Below are positions 25,395 through 37,381 of a stretch of 64,000 nucleotides of DNA, one piece after another; the first letter of the stretch is position 1, and the number at the start of each line of letters is the position of its first letter. The translations under genes and the position numbers were made by a program. The DNA comes from Octopus sinensis. Its lineage: Eukaryota. The notes below the pieces were generated by a model that had not been told where the DNA came from, made no database searches, and saw nothing but the letters and a program-made list of their open reading frames with translations. The stretch covers positions 5,456,001-5,520,000 of the forward strand of contig NC_043002.1 of NCBI RefSeq assembly GCF_006345805.1, in the 5' to 3' direction.

Positions 25395-25764
25395 CATTTG
25401 TTGTCACTTTCACATGGTTCTTCCTTGCAGAACAATGTTACTACATTTTAACCCCAGGAAACCAGCTACATTAGCTTGTTGTGAGATCAGCGACTGATTG
25501 TCGCTTCTTTGTTTATATATCGCGAGTAGAAACGGATAGCTGCCATCTCCAGCAGGTAGGCTTTCAGTACTGAGGACGAGAACACACCCAGAAACCAGCT
25601 AGTCTGCTGGTCTTGTTACGCTTGACGGGGAGTGGTTTGCTCACTTACTCGCAATATAAAAGACACAGTTGTGTCGTTAACCAGTTGGAAATGATGTTTT
25701 CCTGGGGTTAAAATGTGTAACATTGCTTTGCATAGAACAGCCATATAAAAGCGGCAACAAACAT
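25395..25764. mobile_element. Foldback/MITE-like element with about 65-bp imperfect terminal inverted repeats
   Basis: aatgttactacattttaaccccaggaaa pairs with tttcctggggttaaaatgtgtaacatt, plus an inner IR tttatatatcgcgagta / tactcgcaatataaa. Confidence 0.7.
25565..25609 (+). ncRNA. Degenerate hammerhead motif in the loop of a foldback element
   Basis: Reads CAGUA-CUGAGGA-(CGAGAACACACCCA)-GAAAC-CAGCUA-GUC-UGCUG. Stem I pairs (5 bp including G-U), core is intact, stem III is near-palindromic, stem II is poorly paired. Confidence 0.45.
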
Positions 25765-25800
<36 letters not shown>

Positions 25801-25802
<2 letters not shown>

Positions 25803-26056
25803 CGTAAGGGGGATCAGCCATCTGAATGTGGCTAGGGACAGGGCGGGTGGTGGGGGTGTTACTGATGCTTTTAGCCCCAGGCGATCATCGACGTCACCAG
25901 AAGGACCGACACCATATCGGTGTCCTTGTTAGCCTGTAAAGGGAGATCATCCTCCCTCGAAGATACGAATACTACATACGGACCGGTTTCGAGGTCATTG
26001 CCTCTTATCAACGTATGGTAAGCACCGTTCCTCGATGAAGGATTCCCTCTACAGGC

Positions 26057-26058
<2 letters not shown>
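25801..26058 (-). mobile_element. About 260-bp GC-richer insertion within (TA)n carrying an HHR inside a larger hairpin
   Basis: Bounded by (TA)n on both sides. The IR tagcctgtaaaggga (from about 25930) pairs with tccctctacaggcta (ends 26058) and encloses the HHR. Confidence 0.65.
25975..26017 (-). ncRNA. Minimal type I hammerhead ribozyme motif (U3-A8 core variant)
   Basis: Minus strand reads CAUACG-UUGAUAA-GAGG-CAAUGA-CCUC-GAAAC-CG-GUC-CGUAUG. Perfect 6-bp stem I, 4-bp stem II, palindromic stem III (ACCGGU) and GUC cleavage triplet. Confidence 0.8.
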
Positions 26059-26112
<54 letters not shown>

Positions 26113-26116
<4 letters not shown>

Positions 26117-26660
26117 GTGTCTCAAAAGTCAGTATACACTTTCTTTTTTCTATTTCGTTCCAGCTATCATTCGGAGAGACGTGAAACCATCAGCATTTCA
26201 CACCTTTGGCTCGCCCATGACTTGCCCATGACTCGCCAATTGACATTAGAGCAGCGTTGCAAAATTGCCTCCTGGCCAGAAGTTTTTCAGTCCCCTGCTG
26301 CAGTTCAGCGCAAGTTTGAGAAGGTTTATGGCCGCCACACTGTTCCAACGCGTAGCACAATTTATGTTATCCATTGAAAGTTTCTCGAGACAGGATCTGT
26401 TCTTGACAAACCACGCAGCAGAAGGCCTGTTGCTACCACCTTTACTTCTCAAAAGCTGGTGGTATGGTGTGTCATGTCTAGCACTGGGCTGAGTGGACAA
26501 TTTTTCTTCTATGATGCATTGGACCACCGTTATAGGAGAAACTTACCTGGAGTTTGCTGTGCCGCAACTTCAGACGTGGAGTGATCTTTCTAATGTTTTT
26601 CAACAAGACGGAGCCCCTCCCTACTTTGCCAGGTTAGAAAGAGATTTCCTAAACATCAAG
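26113..26660 (+). mobile_element. Decayed Tc1/mariner-superfamily element (HTH plus DDD/E fragment)
   Basis: TA followed by a CAGAGTGTCTCAAAAGTC terminus after (TA)n. Translations include VQRKF..YGR..PTRSTI...KF.ETGSV.DKPRS.RP, KLVVWC.MS..GL.G.FFF and FQQDGAPPY. Confidence 0.85.
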
Positions 26661-27040
26661 TTATGCCCAAACAATTCGACAGATACTGAGACTAACCACT
26701 TTAATTCATCTAAATATTTCTAACGAAAGTACTGATACATGATCAGCACTCGATACGTCTTTACTATTTTTTCATCAATCTGATTCTTTTTTTACTCTGT
26801 TTAAATAAACAAATGAACGATTTTATCAGAGAGGCTCAGTTCGGTTGCCCACACACTCTACTTGCACGCTAAAATCATTTAAAAGGTAACACATTAGATG
26901 GTATAGTTCTAGAAATCTTCAAATAGCTTGGAACTGTAATGCTTTTCAAAGTAAGTCGTCCTTGCAGTCAGGGCTAACGCGGGGCAAAACAACAACACCA
27001 TCAACAATTACAATAAGTAAAAAGATTCAATGCTACTCAC

Positions 27041-27132
27041 TCTTTAATGAATGGAAACCGACCTTCATTCCAAAAATTTATAGACACTTGTTTACCGTTA
27101 GTCCACTGCCATTCGTAGGCTCCTTTGTCTTC
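27041..27132 (-). CDS. Exon c, CTLD1: EDKGAYEWQWTNGKQVSINFWNEGRFPFIK(E)
   Basis: Acceptor tatattctAG and donor GTGAGT. 92 nt, phase 0 to 2. W-x-W-x-[DN]G and FW motifs of a CTLD. Confidence 0.92.
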
Positions 27133-30100
27133 CTAGAATATAAAATATGGTAAGAGAAATAATACTGCTGAAACACATGTACAATATTGTCTAAACAATG
27201 AAATGGATAACGAAAATCTAAATGATATTGTAATATTTTAAAAATCGTTTTCAATGAAATTGGGTTGCGAACGTTCATAGGATGTATAATAACAGGTGGA
27301 TGAAAAAGCTGAAAAACTAGATTCAGCGAAATCGCCAAAGAAATTGACGATAACAGCAAATAAGAAGAAGGAGTTGGATGAAGTGGATAGATTTCACAAA
27401 GATTGAAGATTGAAGACCCAAAACCGACAGGATTAGAGAAATTAAACACTGTTAATCTAGTTTTTCAGCTTTTTCATCCACCTGTGAACGTGCGCAACCA
27501 AATTTCATTGAAAATGATTTTAAAAACACTAGTTGATTTCTTTTTTACTGGTTATTTACAGTAGGAAGCACAGCACTCATAATCTCTTATTATTCAGGCC
27601 TTCGAAATTGGTGGAAAAAACAGAAGCAGGGACCAGGACCGAAATCTTGCTATATCGTGATCTCTACAAGAAACTATGGACTTGGACTTGGCGGTGGTGT
27701 TTAACTAGGTGATGGAAGAAGTCTAGTACCCAACGAGTTAGAACTCAAAGGGCTGAAACAAATTTCACAATCCATCCTTTCTACCAGCCTAACAATTAAA
27801 CGGACATAAATTCATAATCCTAATCCGTTTTCATATCTGACGCCATCACCTGGTCCTTGGGTGGCTTTAGCGGAAAACACTCTATTGTAAGCATTTCGAC
27901 CCAACCTCTCGGGTACTTCATCTCTTCTTCCCAGCAGTCTTGGAGGACGTGCAAAAATCTTATAGATGTTGCCTTTCCTCCTCTGAATAAGTCATGACAA
28001 CAAAAAAAACAATTCCATTTTAATTTTGGGACAGGTGAGTTAATTTTACATTGCCACCATTCATCTATCTGGAGAACAAGCAGAATGCACATCCAGAGAA
28101 GGCTACCTGCAATAGTTTAGTGATTGAAATAATGAATGCGCCACAGCTTGAAATTTGAGTCGATGTTCGGTATAAATCCTTCTCATATGTGACAAAAGCT
28201 AATATACATCACTATGCTATATCTCACTAAATCTGCACGCGCAAGCGAGTGAATATTTATGTAGTCGATCGACTCGCTAGAAATAGCAGCCAAATTTCTA
28301 TCAAATTACGCCATATCATCATATAAAAAGATAATATATAGTGAATAATCTAGTCGTAGATATACTGTTTCTGAAGAAAGATGGGAATAGTCATATCTGT
28401 AACGCCTTTGATCATAGATCCACTCCACAAGCACTTATGTGGGACAAGGCAACAACTCTTAATCCTCACTCTGAATTCTGTTAAGTATGTTTTTATAAAT
28501 AAATTGTGTTTCGTCCTCCACAAAGCACAAAGACCCAGCATTTTAAAAGAGATACGGGATGAAAGGCCTTAATTGTTTTCTCAAGAGCATCTTGTGGAGT
28601 AAGTAAAGTGAAATGGCTCCAAACGATGAGTGAAACTGTAGCACTGGTGTGTAGCGATCTTAACTCACTGTCAGTGTAACAATTGCTCCACATTGCTCAA
28701 CATCAATAATGGTTGCTTTCTAATATTGGCAAAATGGCAAAATACCCCATCGAGCTATTTTTAGTACTTATTTTATCGATTTTGCAATGATGAAATAAAC
28801 AAAATTGATCTTGGGGAAACTTATTTAATTTTGATCGCATTTTCTCCTTTTTTGTGAAAAGTTGTTGATTATAAGTGTCTAGTGGGGACCAATCACTGGT
28901 TCACTGTATTTCTATTAACGAGAATGACAAGGGAGTATCTGAGAGTGTCTGCATAACACTGCCTAGTATTTTATTTCAATGGCATTGGTTTATCGGTTTT
29001 CATGCCGGTATAGCCGACTAAACACATACATATGTACTCGCATTTGTACATGCATGCACGTATTAATACATACATGCATTCATACATACATTCATCAATT
29101 AAGCTGTTTGCAAAAGGACGTAATTATAACGCCACAAGACATTTTGTCCCACGGCCTACCAATTCTGGCATCCATCAAATTCACATCATGAACAATTATT
29201 ATTTTCAAATTTATATTAAGACACGCAACAATGTCCGAACGGCATGTTGCCCACTCACAGTAACTTAATTATACCTTCAGCAGATCTGCACACTGCATAG
29301 AAGTTGAAATGTCTAATTAAACAATTGAATAAAACGGCTAATTAATTAATTAACTTCTCACTCATATATGTGTAATGAGTGTCAGCAAGTAGAGAAATTT
29401 CACATTATTTCCCTTGTCATCATCATTTGACTTGGTTACTAATGGCTTCAACGGAACTCAAGTGACGCCTTCGAAAAACAGAATTAAATTGATTCAGGTG
29501 CCGAATGGTCGCCAGTTCTTTTCTTATGCAGATACAGCATCGTGTTTAAAGCCAAAACATTTTGCTGTTGTTTAACTCAGGTCTGACCTAATAAGAGTTG
29601 ATCTATTATTAAAGACCTTCCGTCAGTCCTGACCGTTTTGGAGTATTTATAGTCGAATGTGTTCTTCTTTTTAGAGATAGAAGGACGTATTTTTGAGCAA
29701 ATTTGACAGCTGTTCCCAGAAGGTTTTACAACAGTGTTGAGGTTCCTTCATTCGGCTCGAATTCAAACACGTAATCTTCGTTTATTCTGACTACACATTT
29801 ATAAGAATAAAAACAAAAATAAAAACAAAATAAATACTCTAATATTAGAAACACTTTTCATAGCTGCAAGAAGTGACTGCCACTCAATTGACTTCTTTTG
29901 ATTATCACAAAGTCAGTTTTGTAGAGTTCTAAAGTGTGAATTTTATTGAATCGTTTTCAATATATAGCCTCTACTTCGTCTCTATGAAAAGGACAGAAAG
30001 ATAAAGTGAATTCTAGATGAAACCCAAGTTGAGCTAAGGTGGGATTTGAGCACTGAGGGGCAACACTAAATATATGTTTCTTTATTACCCACAAGGGGCT

Positions 30101-30402
30101 AAACATAGAGGGGACAAACAAGGACAGACATAGGTATTAAGTCGATTACATCGACACCAGTGCGTAACTGGTACTTAATTTATCGACCCCGAAAGGATGA
30201 AAGGCAAAGTCGACCTCGGCGGAATTTGAACTCAGAACGTAACAGCAGACGAAATACAGCTACGCATTTCGCCCGGCGTGCTAACGTTTCTGCCCGCTCT
30301 AAATACCTAGCACTCCCATAGCGCTCTCTTGACATTTGCAACTCCTTGTGAGCTCACAAAACCCAGCTTTCAGAACCAGCTATAAATAAATTAATTTCTT
30401 AC

Positions 30403-30529
30403 GTCTTCTATATAGCGAAGTCCAATCCACACTGACTTGAGATACTTCATAGCTAGGTCATTGACGTGAAACTGCACCGTGCGATCTTCAATTGTTATCA
30501 GTTCGCTGTCTTCCATTTCACAAGTAAAT
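30403..30529 (-). CDS. Exon b, CTLD1: FTCEMEDSELITIEDRTVQFHVNDLAMKYLKSVWIGLRYIED
   Basis: Acceptor aaacgttAG and donor GTAAGA. 127 nt, phase 2 to 0. Joining to exon a gives the canonical W-x-x-A-x-x-x-C (WHNAQFTC). Contains the WIGL motif. Confidence 0.93.
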
Positions 30530-31995
30530 CTAACGTTTAAATAAAATACATAGAAAAAAAATCATTATTCACAAATAAATAAAATACGCTTTAATCATGA
30601 TGTTTGTTACAGCCTTTAGGTATTACAGTTCAGGCAAAGTTGAAATAAAGTTATAATTAATTGCAGTTATAGTTCATGTTTAACCCCTGGTCAACAAAAA
30701 ATGAGCAGGCCTATGATCGAAGCCGCTCCAGTGATGACCATATCAACTTTTTATACATCTAAGACTTCATTGTCCAATGTATTTGTCCTTTTTAAAGAGT
30801 GTCGTGTATGATAAGAGGGTCATATAGCTGCTAGTTCTAGAAGGTAGAATGACCCCATAGAATACCCCCCTACCACCTCCACTCTTTTAGGTTTGTTTTT
30901 ACACTTTATCGATCTCCTTCAGTCGTTTCTTACGTATACAAGATTATTGCTTTGCAGACGGGTTGTCGTCTTTTGAATCGACAAGAATATTGATTTACCA
31001 TTTTATAAAACAGAAGTGGACCTACACCAACCTACATATGTATATATACATGCATATATATTCTTACTCTTTTACTCTTTTACTTGTTTCAGTCATTTGA
31101 CTGCGGCCATGCTGGAGCACCGCCTTTAATCGAGCAACTCGACCCCGGGACTTATTCTTTAGTAAGCCCAGTACTTATTCTATCGGTCTCTTTTGCCGAA
31201 CCGCTAAGTGACGGGGACGTAAACACACCAGCATCGGTTGTAAAGCAATGCTAGGGGGACAAACACAAACACACACACGCATATATATATATATATATAT
31301 ATATATACGACGGGCTTCTTTCAGTTTCCCTCTACCAAATCCGCTCACAAGGATTTGGTCGGCCAGAGGCTATAGTAGAAGACACTTGACCAAGATGCCA
31401 CGCAGTGGGACTGAACCCGGAACCATGTGGTTGGTAAGCAAGCTACTTACCACACAGCCACTCCTGCGCCTATGGGTACGTAAAAAAAACGTGAACAAAA
31501 AATGAGAAACGAGTGGAAAACGAACTTTTTTTTTCGAACAACGAAATAAAGAAATAGAGAAATGAAACAGGCAACATAAAGAATATTGTCTCCTGTTTTA
31601 TCTATATACATAGAGTAATTACCTCGACTATCACGGGTGTTACTTTCTAAAACCGCTCACAGAAATAATTAAAATCTAAACAAATATAAATACCTATCAG
31701 CCGCAGAAACCCGCGATATACTGAGGAGTCCGCGATATAAATTTACATATATTAGCCAGAGAAATCCGCGATGTACTGATTGCGCGATCGGTCAATCGTG
31801 ATAACGCAAGGGATTACTGTATACACACGCAAACACACACCCACACACACACACACTTATATGCCTATATAAGTGTATGTGTGTGTGTGTGGGGGGAAGA
31901 TGCCTGCTTCTGAACCACGTGTCTTCTGTTATAGCCTCGGACCGACCCAAGCATTGTGAGCGGATTTGGTTGGCGGAAATTGAAAGGAACACGTC

Positions 31996-32036
<41 letters not shown>

Positions 32037-32037
<1 letters not shown>

Positions 32038-32866
32038 TAGCAGAATTGCCCGGCGTTGCTCGGGGCTGAATTGCTTGAAAGTACTGTTAATGATTGCACT
32101 GAATTATGATGATTATTCAGGCAAATATTGATATAAGTTTACGCTGGGAGATAAGGTCTTAACGATCAAACGTGTGCCATTGCATTGTTTTGGGGGAACC
32201 AAATTTCTGATGAGCATTATAGGGGCACCAACTTTAAGTTTGAGAAAGTGTGGTGGTAGTCCGGGGTGCTCAAAGGAATTGAGTACCTCTATTGGATAGT
32301 TGATGACGTCCTCTGGGTCAGGAGTTGTATCGATAGACTGATATACATAGACTTCCCCAGACATCATTAATATGGTGAACAGTTTTATTCCTCGGGGCCA
32401 GTATAGCCTTTTTGCCAATCCAATCAATATTCTGATAATTAGCTTGTAGATCTGGGAACACTGCATCTCTGAGATCAGAAGGCGTCTTAACAATGTTACA
32501 AATGGAATCGATGGCAATATTACCATTTTCATCCCCTGGTATTTTGCCTTCGCCAAGTGCAAGGAGGGTGTGAGGAAATGCTGCTGATGTGATATTACGT
32601 CGCATATGAGCACGCATATTGGTGTGAAGTTTGAGAGTTACTTCCCTTTATTTTTAAAAATATGCATTAAAATGGAAAAAAATGATGGTAAATTATTTGT
32701 AAAATCATAGACTCATCGTAGACGCGCGCTAATACCCAGAAGGGCTCGATATGAAACACGACTATAAGATACCCGGTTTTGGTTAAACTGCATCGTAAAA
32801 TGTGGGAGTAGTTAGGAATCTAAATCGGAGTAGACAGACACACAACCTTTCTTTTATATATAAATA
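32037..32866 (-). mobile_element. Helitron deletion derivative retaining a Pif1-type helicase fragment (about 32140-32635)
   Basis: Shares its 5' about 230 bp and hairpin-CTAG end with copies 1 and 2. Frameshifted translations LHTNMR...LL.LGEG...VFPDL...W...AILAPRN and YP.E.LNS....GLPPH.L.LKVGAPIML.RNL.PPK.CNGTRL.V are RepHel helicase motifs. Confidence 0.9.
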
Positions 32867-32989
32867 TTTTCGTCCTAAAAAACTTTGTATGGATTGAATG
32901 GTTACCTCTATGGAAATATATACACGCACATTATACATACATGTGTGTATAGATGAATATATAAATACATTTAAATATCTATATACACT

Positions 32990-33664
32990 TTTGGGCGATC
33001 TTTCTGTTTCTTAGAGATAACCTTATCCCGTCCGATTCGCTCCAAAATTTACAGGGACATGTAGAATGAGGTGACGATGCTCGTGGGCTACCTTAGAAAT
33101 CCCTATCTTAAAAGGTGTGGTTGCTAGGGGCCATCTTCCTCACTCACCCTATTTCCTCCAGTACCCTCTCACTCCTCTTCATGTGACAAGCCACTACGGT
33201 TATTTAATGTAAAGTCTTCCTCAAATCACTCTCTCGCTATTTACTCTCTTCCAAGAACATTTTCACTCACTCTTATCTCTTAGCTTCCCATACATTTTAC
33301 TCATGTATCTATCAGCGTCATAGACAGAAACAAATATTACATCGCCATCGCCATCGCATTCTATTGTCTACCTGTCAACACACACACAGTGAATTACTTT
33401 CACTTTATTCGTTGCACACTGTGTGTGTGCGTGTGCGTGTGCCGTATCCCACACTAAGAAAAGCATTTGACTCATACACCACAATGTGAGTTTTCTCTAA
33501 ATTTTGCTTAATTGGGGTTGAAATTTTAAAAAGTGGACCTGGCAAGACCCGATGCATTCTACTCTTAAAAATGCTAGGTAAATTGTAATTGAAGAAATCC
33601 TATATTGTAGATTTCTATAAGAGACAAAGGGAGGCAGATAAAATCTGCCTTTTATAATAAGAGA
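32990..33664 (-). mobile_element. Probable Helitron-like 5' fragment
   Basis: Minus strand begins a|TCTCTTATTATAAAA with a small hairpin ggcagattttatctgcc. No 3' CTAG end found. Confidence 0.4.
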
Positions 33665-33959
33665 TATATGTATGTATGTGTGTATGTATGTATATATATA
33701 TATCCATGTGTCTTTGTGTCTGTGTTTGTTCCCCCACCACCACTTGACAACCGGTACTGGTGTGTTTGTGTCTCCGTAACCAAGCGGTTCGGCAAAAAAC
33801 ACCGATAGAATAAGTACCAGCTCTTAAAAAAGTACTAGGGACGATTCATTCGACTAAAAATTCAAGGCGGTGCCCCAGCATGGTCACAATTTAGTGACTG
33901 AAACAAGTAAAAGAATGAATATATGTGTATGTGTGTGTGTGTGTGTGTGTGGTGTGTGT

Positions 33960-33996
<37 letters not shown>

Positions 33997-34340
33997 CCCA
34001 CACCCCCTTGACAACTGGTGCTGAAGTATTTATGTCCTTGTAGTCAAGCGGTTCGGCAAAACAAATCGATAGAATAAGGACCAGGCTTAAAAAAAAGGAT
34101 TGGGTTCGATTCATACGATTAAAAATACATCAAGGCGGTGCCCCAGCCTGTCCACAGTAAATGACTGAAACAAGTAAAAGATATGTGTGGCTGTGTGGTA
34201 AGTAGCTTGCTTACTAACCACATCGTTCCGGTTCAGTCCCACTGCGTGGCATCTTGGGCAAGTGTCTTCTACTATAGCCCTGGGCCGACCAATGCCTTGT
34301 GAGTGGATTAGTAGATGGAAACTGAAAGAAGCCTGTCGTA

Positions 34341-34429
<89 letters not shown>

Positions 34430-34774
34430 CCCACACCCCCTTGACAACTGGTGCTGAAGTATTTATGTCCTTGTAGTCAAGCGGTTCGGCAAAACAAATC
34501 GATAGAATAAGGACCAGGCTTTAAAAAAAGGATTGGGTTCGATTCATACGATTAAAAATACATCAAGGCGGTGCCCCAGCCTGTCCACAGTAAATGACTG
34601 AAACAAGTAAAAGATATGTGTGGCTGTGTGGTAAGTAGCTTGCTTACTAACCACATCGTTCCGGGTTCAGTCCCACTGCGTGGCATCTTGGGCAAGTGTC
34701 TTCTACTATAGCCCTGGGCCGACCAATGCCTTGTGAGTGGATTTGTAGATGGAAACTGAAAGAAGCCTGTCGTA

Positions 34775-34826
<52 letters not shown>

Positions 34827-35045
34827 CGTGTGTGTTTGTGTGTCTGTGTTTGTCCTAGCATTGCTTTACAACCGATGCTGGTGTGTTTATGTCCCCGTCA
34901 CTTAGCGGTTCGGCAAAAGAGACCGATAGAATAAGTACTGGGCTTACAAAGAATAAGTCCCTGGGTCGAGTTGCTCGACTAAAGGCGGTGCTCCAGCATG
35001 GCCGCAGTCAAATGACTGAAACAAGTAAAAGAGTAAAGAGTAAGA
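33665..35045 (+). repeat. Tandem array of SINE-B halves joined by (TG)n/(TA)n, including a near-identical duplication of about 430 bp
   Basis: 33994-34360 is nearly identical to 34426-34790. Confidence 0.85.
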
Positions 35046-35108
35046 GACATACATACATGCATGCATGCATACATACGTAATAGACACATAGATAGATAGA
35101 TAGATAGC

Positions 35109-35178
<70 letters not shown>

Positions 35179-36842
35179 TATTTATGTGTGTGGGTGCGTG
35201 TGTGTATGTTACAAGCAGAGAGAAAGTGGTCCTAGCACTTGACAGTTACTTTAAACTCTGAACGCGAAAAGCTGAAACAAATACCCGCGGGGTATTTACA
35301 AACGCTCTCCTGATCCTGCCAACCGACCGTCTTGATCACCAACCGCATTAATCTCATCAGTCTGTGTCGGTGTTGCAAAGGTCATGTTCAGCTACAGCAT
35401 CTGGTAAATCCATGCTTGCCAGTCTATCAACTAAGTGGTTCTTTCTGTTGTGTGCAAGCAACCCACATAATATCTTCTGTAAGGAAGTTTATGTCATTTG
35501 AATCCGTTCGATGAAATTTATAAATAACATGTCTAGTCTTAAAAAATAAATAAAATAAATAAAAATGTTTCTCTGTGAAAATCAAATCCTATCCCGAGGC
35601 AAAAAGAAAGAAAGAAAGAAAACAGCAATGACTGCAGCAACAAAAACAATAAAAACAACAAAAATAACACTACCAGTTTAACAAAAAAAAAAAAAAAAGA
35701 GAAAAACGTAATTATTTTTAAGAGAAATATTTGGTCCAAATATGGGAACCGAAAATTAATTCCCTCTGTCAATACCTTCATTATATGAGGTATCACATTA
35801 CATTGGATTTTAAATGACGTGAACAAAAATCACTGTCAAAACTCACTGAAACAACCCTGATAAATTTTTAGCATTTGCATAGACTTCAAATACGTAAATA
35901 ATTGAGTGACTGTTTGGTTTTTAATTTGGGTTTTGGGTTAGGTTTGGACTTGGGCTTGGCTGTGTTTAGTTTGTTGTTTTAAACTCAGCGCATGAATTCT
36001 ATATTGCATAAACTCGTGCAGGTCAATAAGGAAGAGGTGGAAAATTAGGACGTTTTAGTATAAACTAGTTCATACAGTGAAAAACATTACCCCACACCCA
36101 TTTTCGTGGGAATATAGTTGAAGGATGGAGAAAGAGAAGGGAGGGAGAGGAAACGGAGGCCTCTTTGGATCGAGATTAAATAGGAATTGGAAAAAAAGAT
36201 GGGGAAGCAGAAAGAATATAAAGGAAAGGGTAAAAAAAGAAAGAAATATTGAGAAATAAAGAAAAGAGAAAAAGGGAAGATAAATTTTGAAAAGTAATGA
36301 ACGAAAAAAATGGGAGGGCGGGAGGCTAAATTCTTTTTATCCTTTAGGTGTTCCATTTGTTGAATTGCGGCCATACTGGGGCACCGCCGTGAAGAGTTTT
36401 ATGGAAGAAATCACACCTGCACTTATTTTTGAAAAGTTTCTTATTCTAGCGGTCTCTTTTGCTGAACCGCTTGGCGTATACAAACCATTGTCAAATGCTG
36501 GTCGTAGAACAAACACAAACATACACTCACTCGCGCGTGTGTATATACGCCTTTCAGTTTCCGTTGACTAAATCCATTCACAAGGCTTTGGTCGGCCCAG
36601 GCTATAATAGAAGGCCACATATAATAGAAGGCCCCATGCCTGTTTGTTTTCGAAGAGATTACCGGGAGTTGAAACCGAGTTGCAGAAATGTGATGATAGA
36701 AATTTTGAAGGAAAGAAAATTACGTTGTGACGTTATCTTTTATTTTTATTTTTTTATTTGCTTCAGTCATTAAACTGTGGCCATGCTGTCGCACCGACTG
36801 GAGCAATTTTATCGAACGAATCAACTTCAGTACTTATGCATG

Positions 36843-36962
<120 letters not shown>

Positions 36963-37192
36963 GTAGGCGTGGTTGTGTGGTAAGAGTTTGCATGGGCGCA
37001 TGTGGTGTTGGTTTGTTTACGTCTCCGTGTCTTAGCATTTCGGCAAAAGAACCCGATAGAATAAGTACCAAGCTTAAAAAGGAAATAAGTATCGTGATGT
37101 ATTAGCTTGACTAAAATTTCTCAAGGTGGTGCCCCAGCATGGCCTCGGTCTAATGACTGCAAAAAGTATAAGGTTATATATATATATATATA

Positions 37193-37381
37193 GGGTGAGT
37201 TTACGAAAAAAAAAACAAAAGACGAAGACAGGTGGTGTACAAAACAAACAGATGTATTAGTATAACGCTCAGGATTAGAAAAACTCTTTTACGTTTCGAG
37301 CCTACGCTCTTCTACAGAAAGGGACACAGAAAAAAACAAGGAGAGAGAAAAAATGTGTGTAGTGGCTAACGATCTATCATG
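37193..37381 (-). mobile_element. Short HHR-like repeat next to (TA)n; second diverged copy at about 21376-21535
   Basis: Colinear similarity between the two loci (ggtgta...gtattagt...acgtttcg.gccta.gct.ttc). Both lie beside a (TA)n tract and a SINE-B head. Confidence 0.55.
37286..37321 (-). ncRNA. Hammerhead-like motif with non-canonical core (CUGUAGA)
   Basis: Minus strand reads CUUU-CUGUAGA-A-GAGC-GUAG-GCUC-GAAAC-GUA-AAAG. Stems I and II are perfect and stem III is palindromic, but the A6 position is U. Confidence 0.5.
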
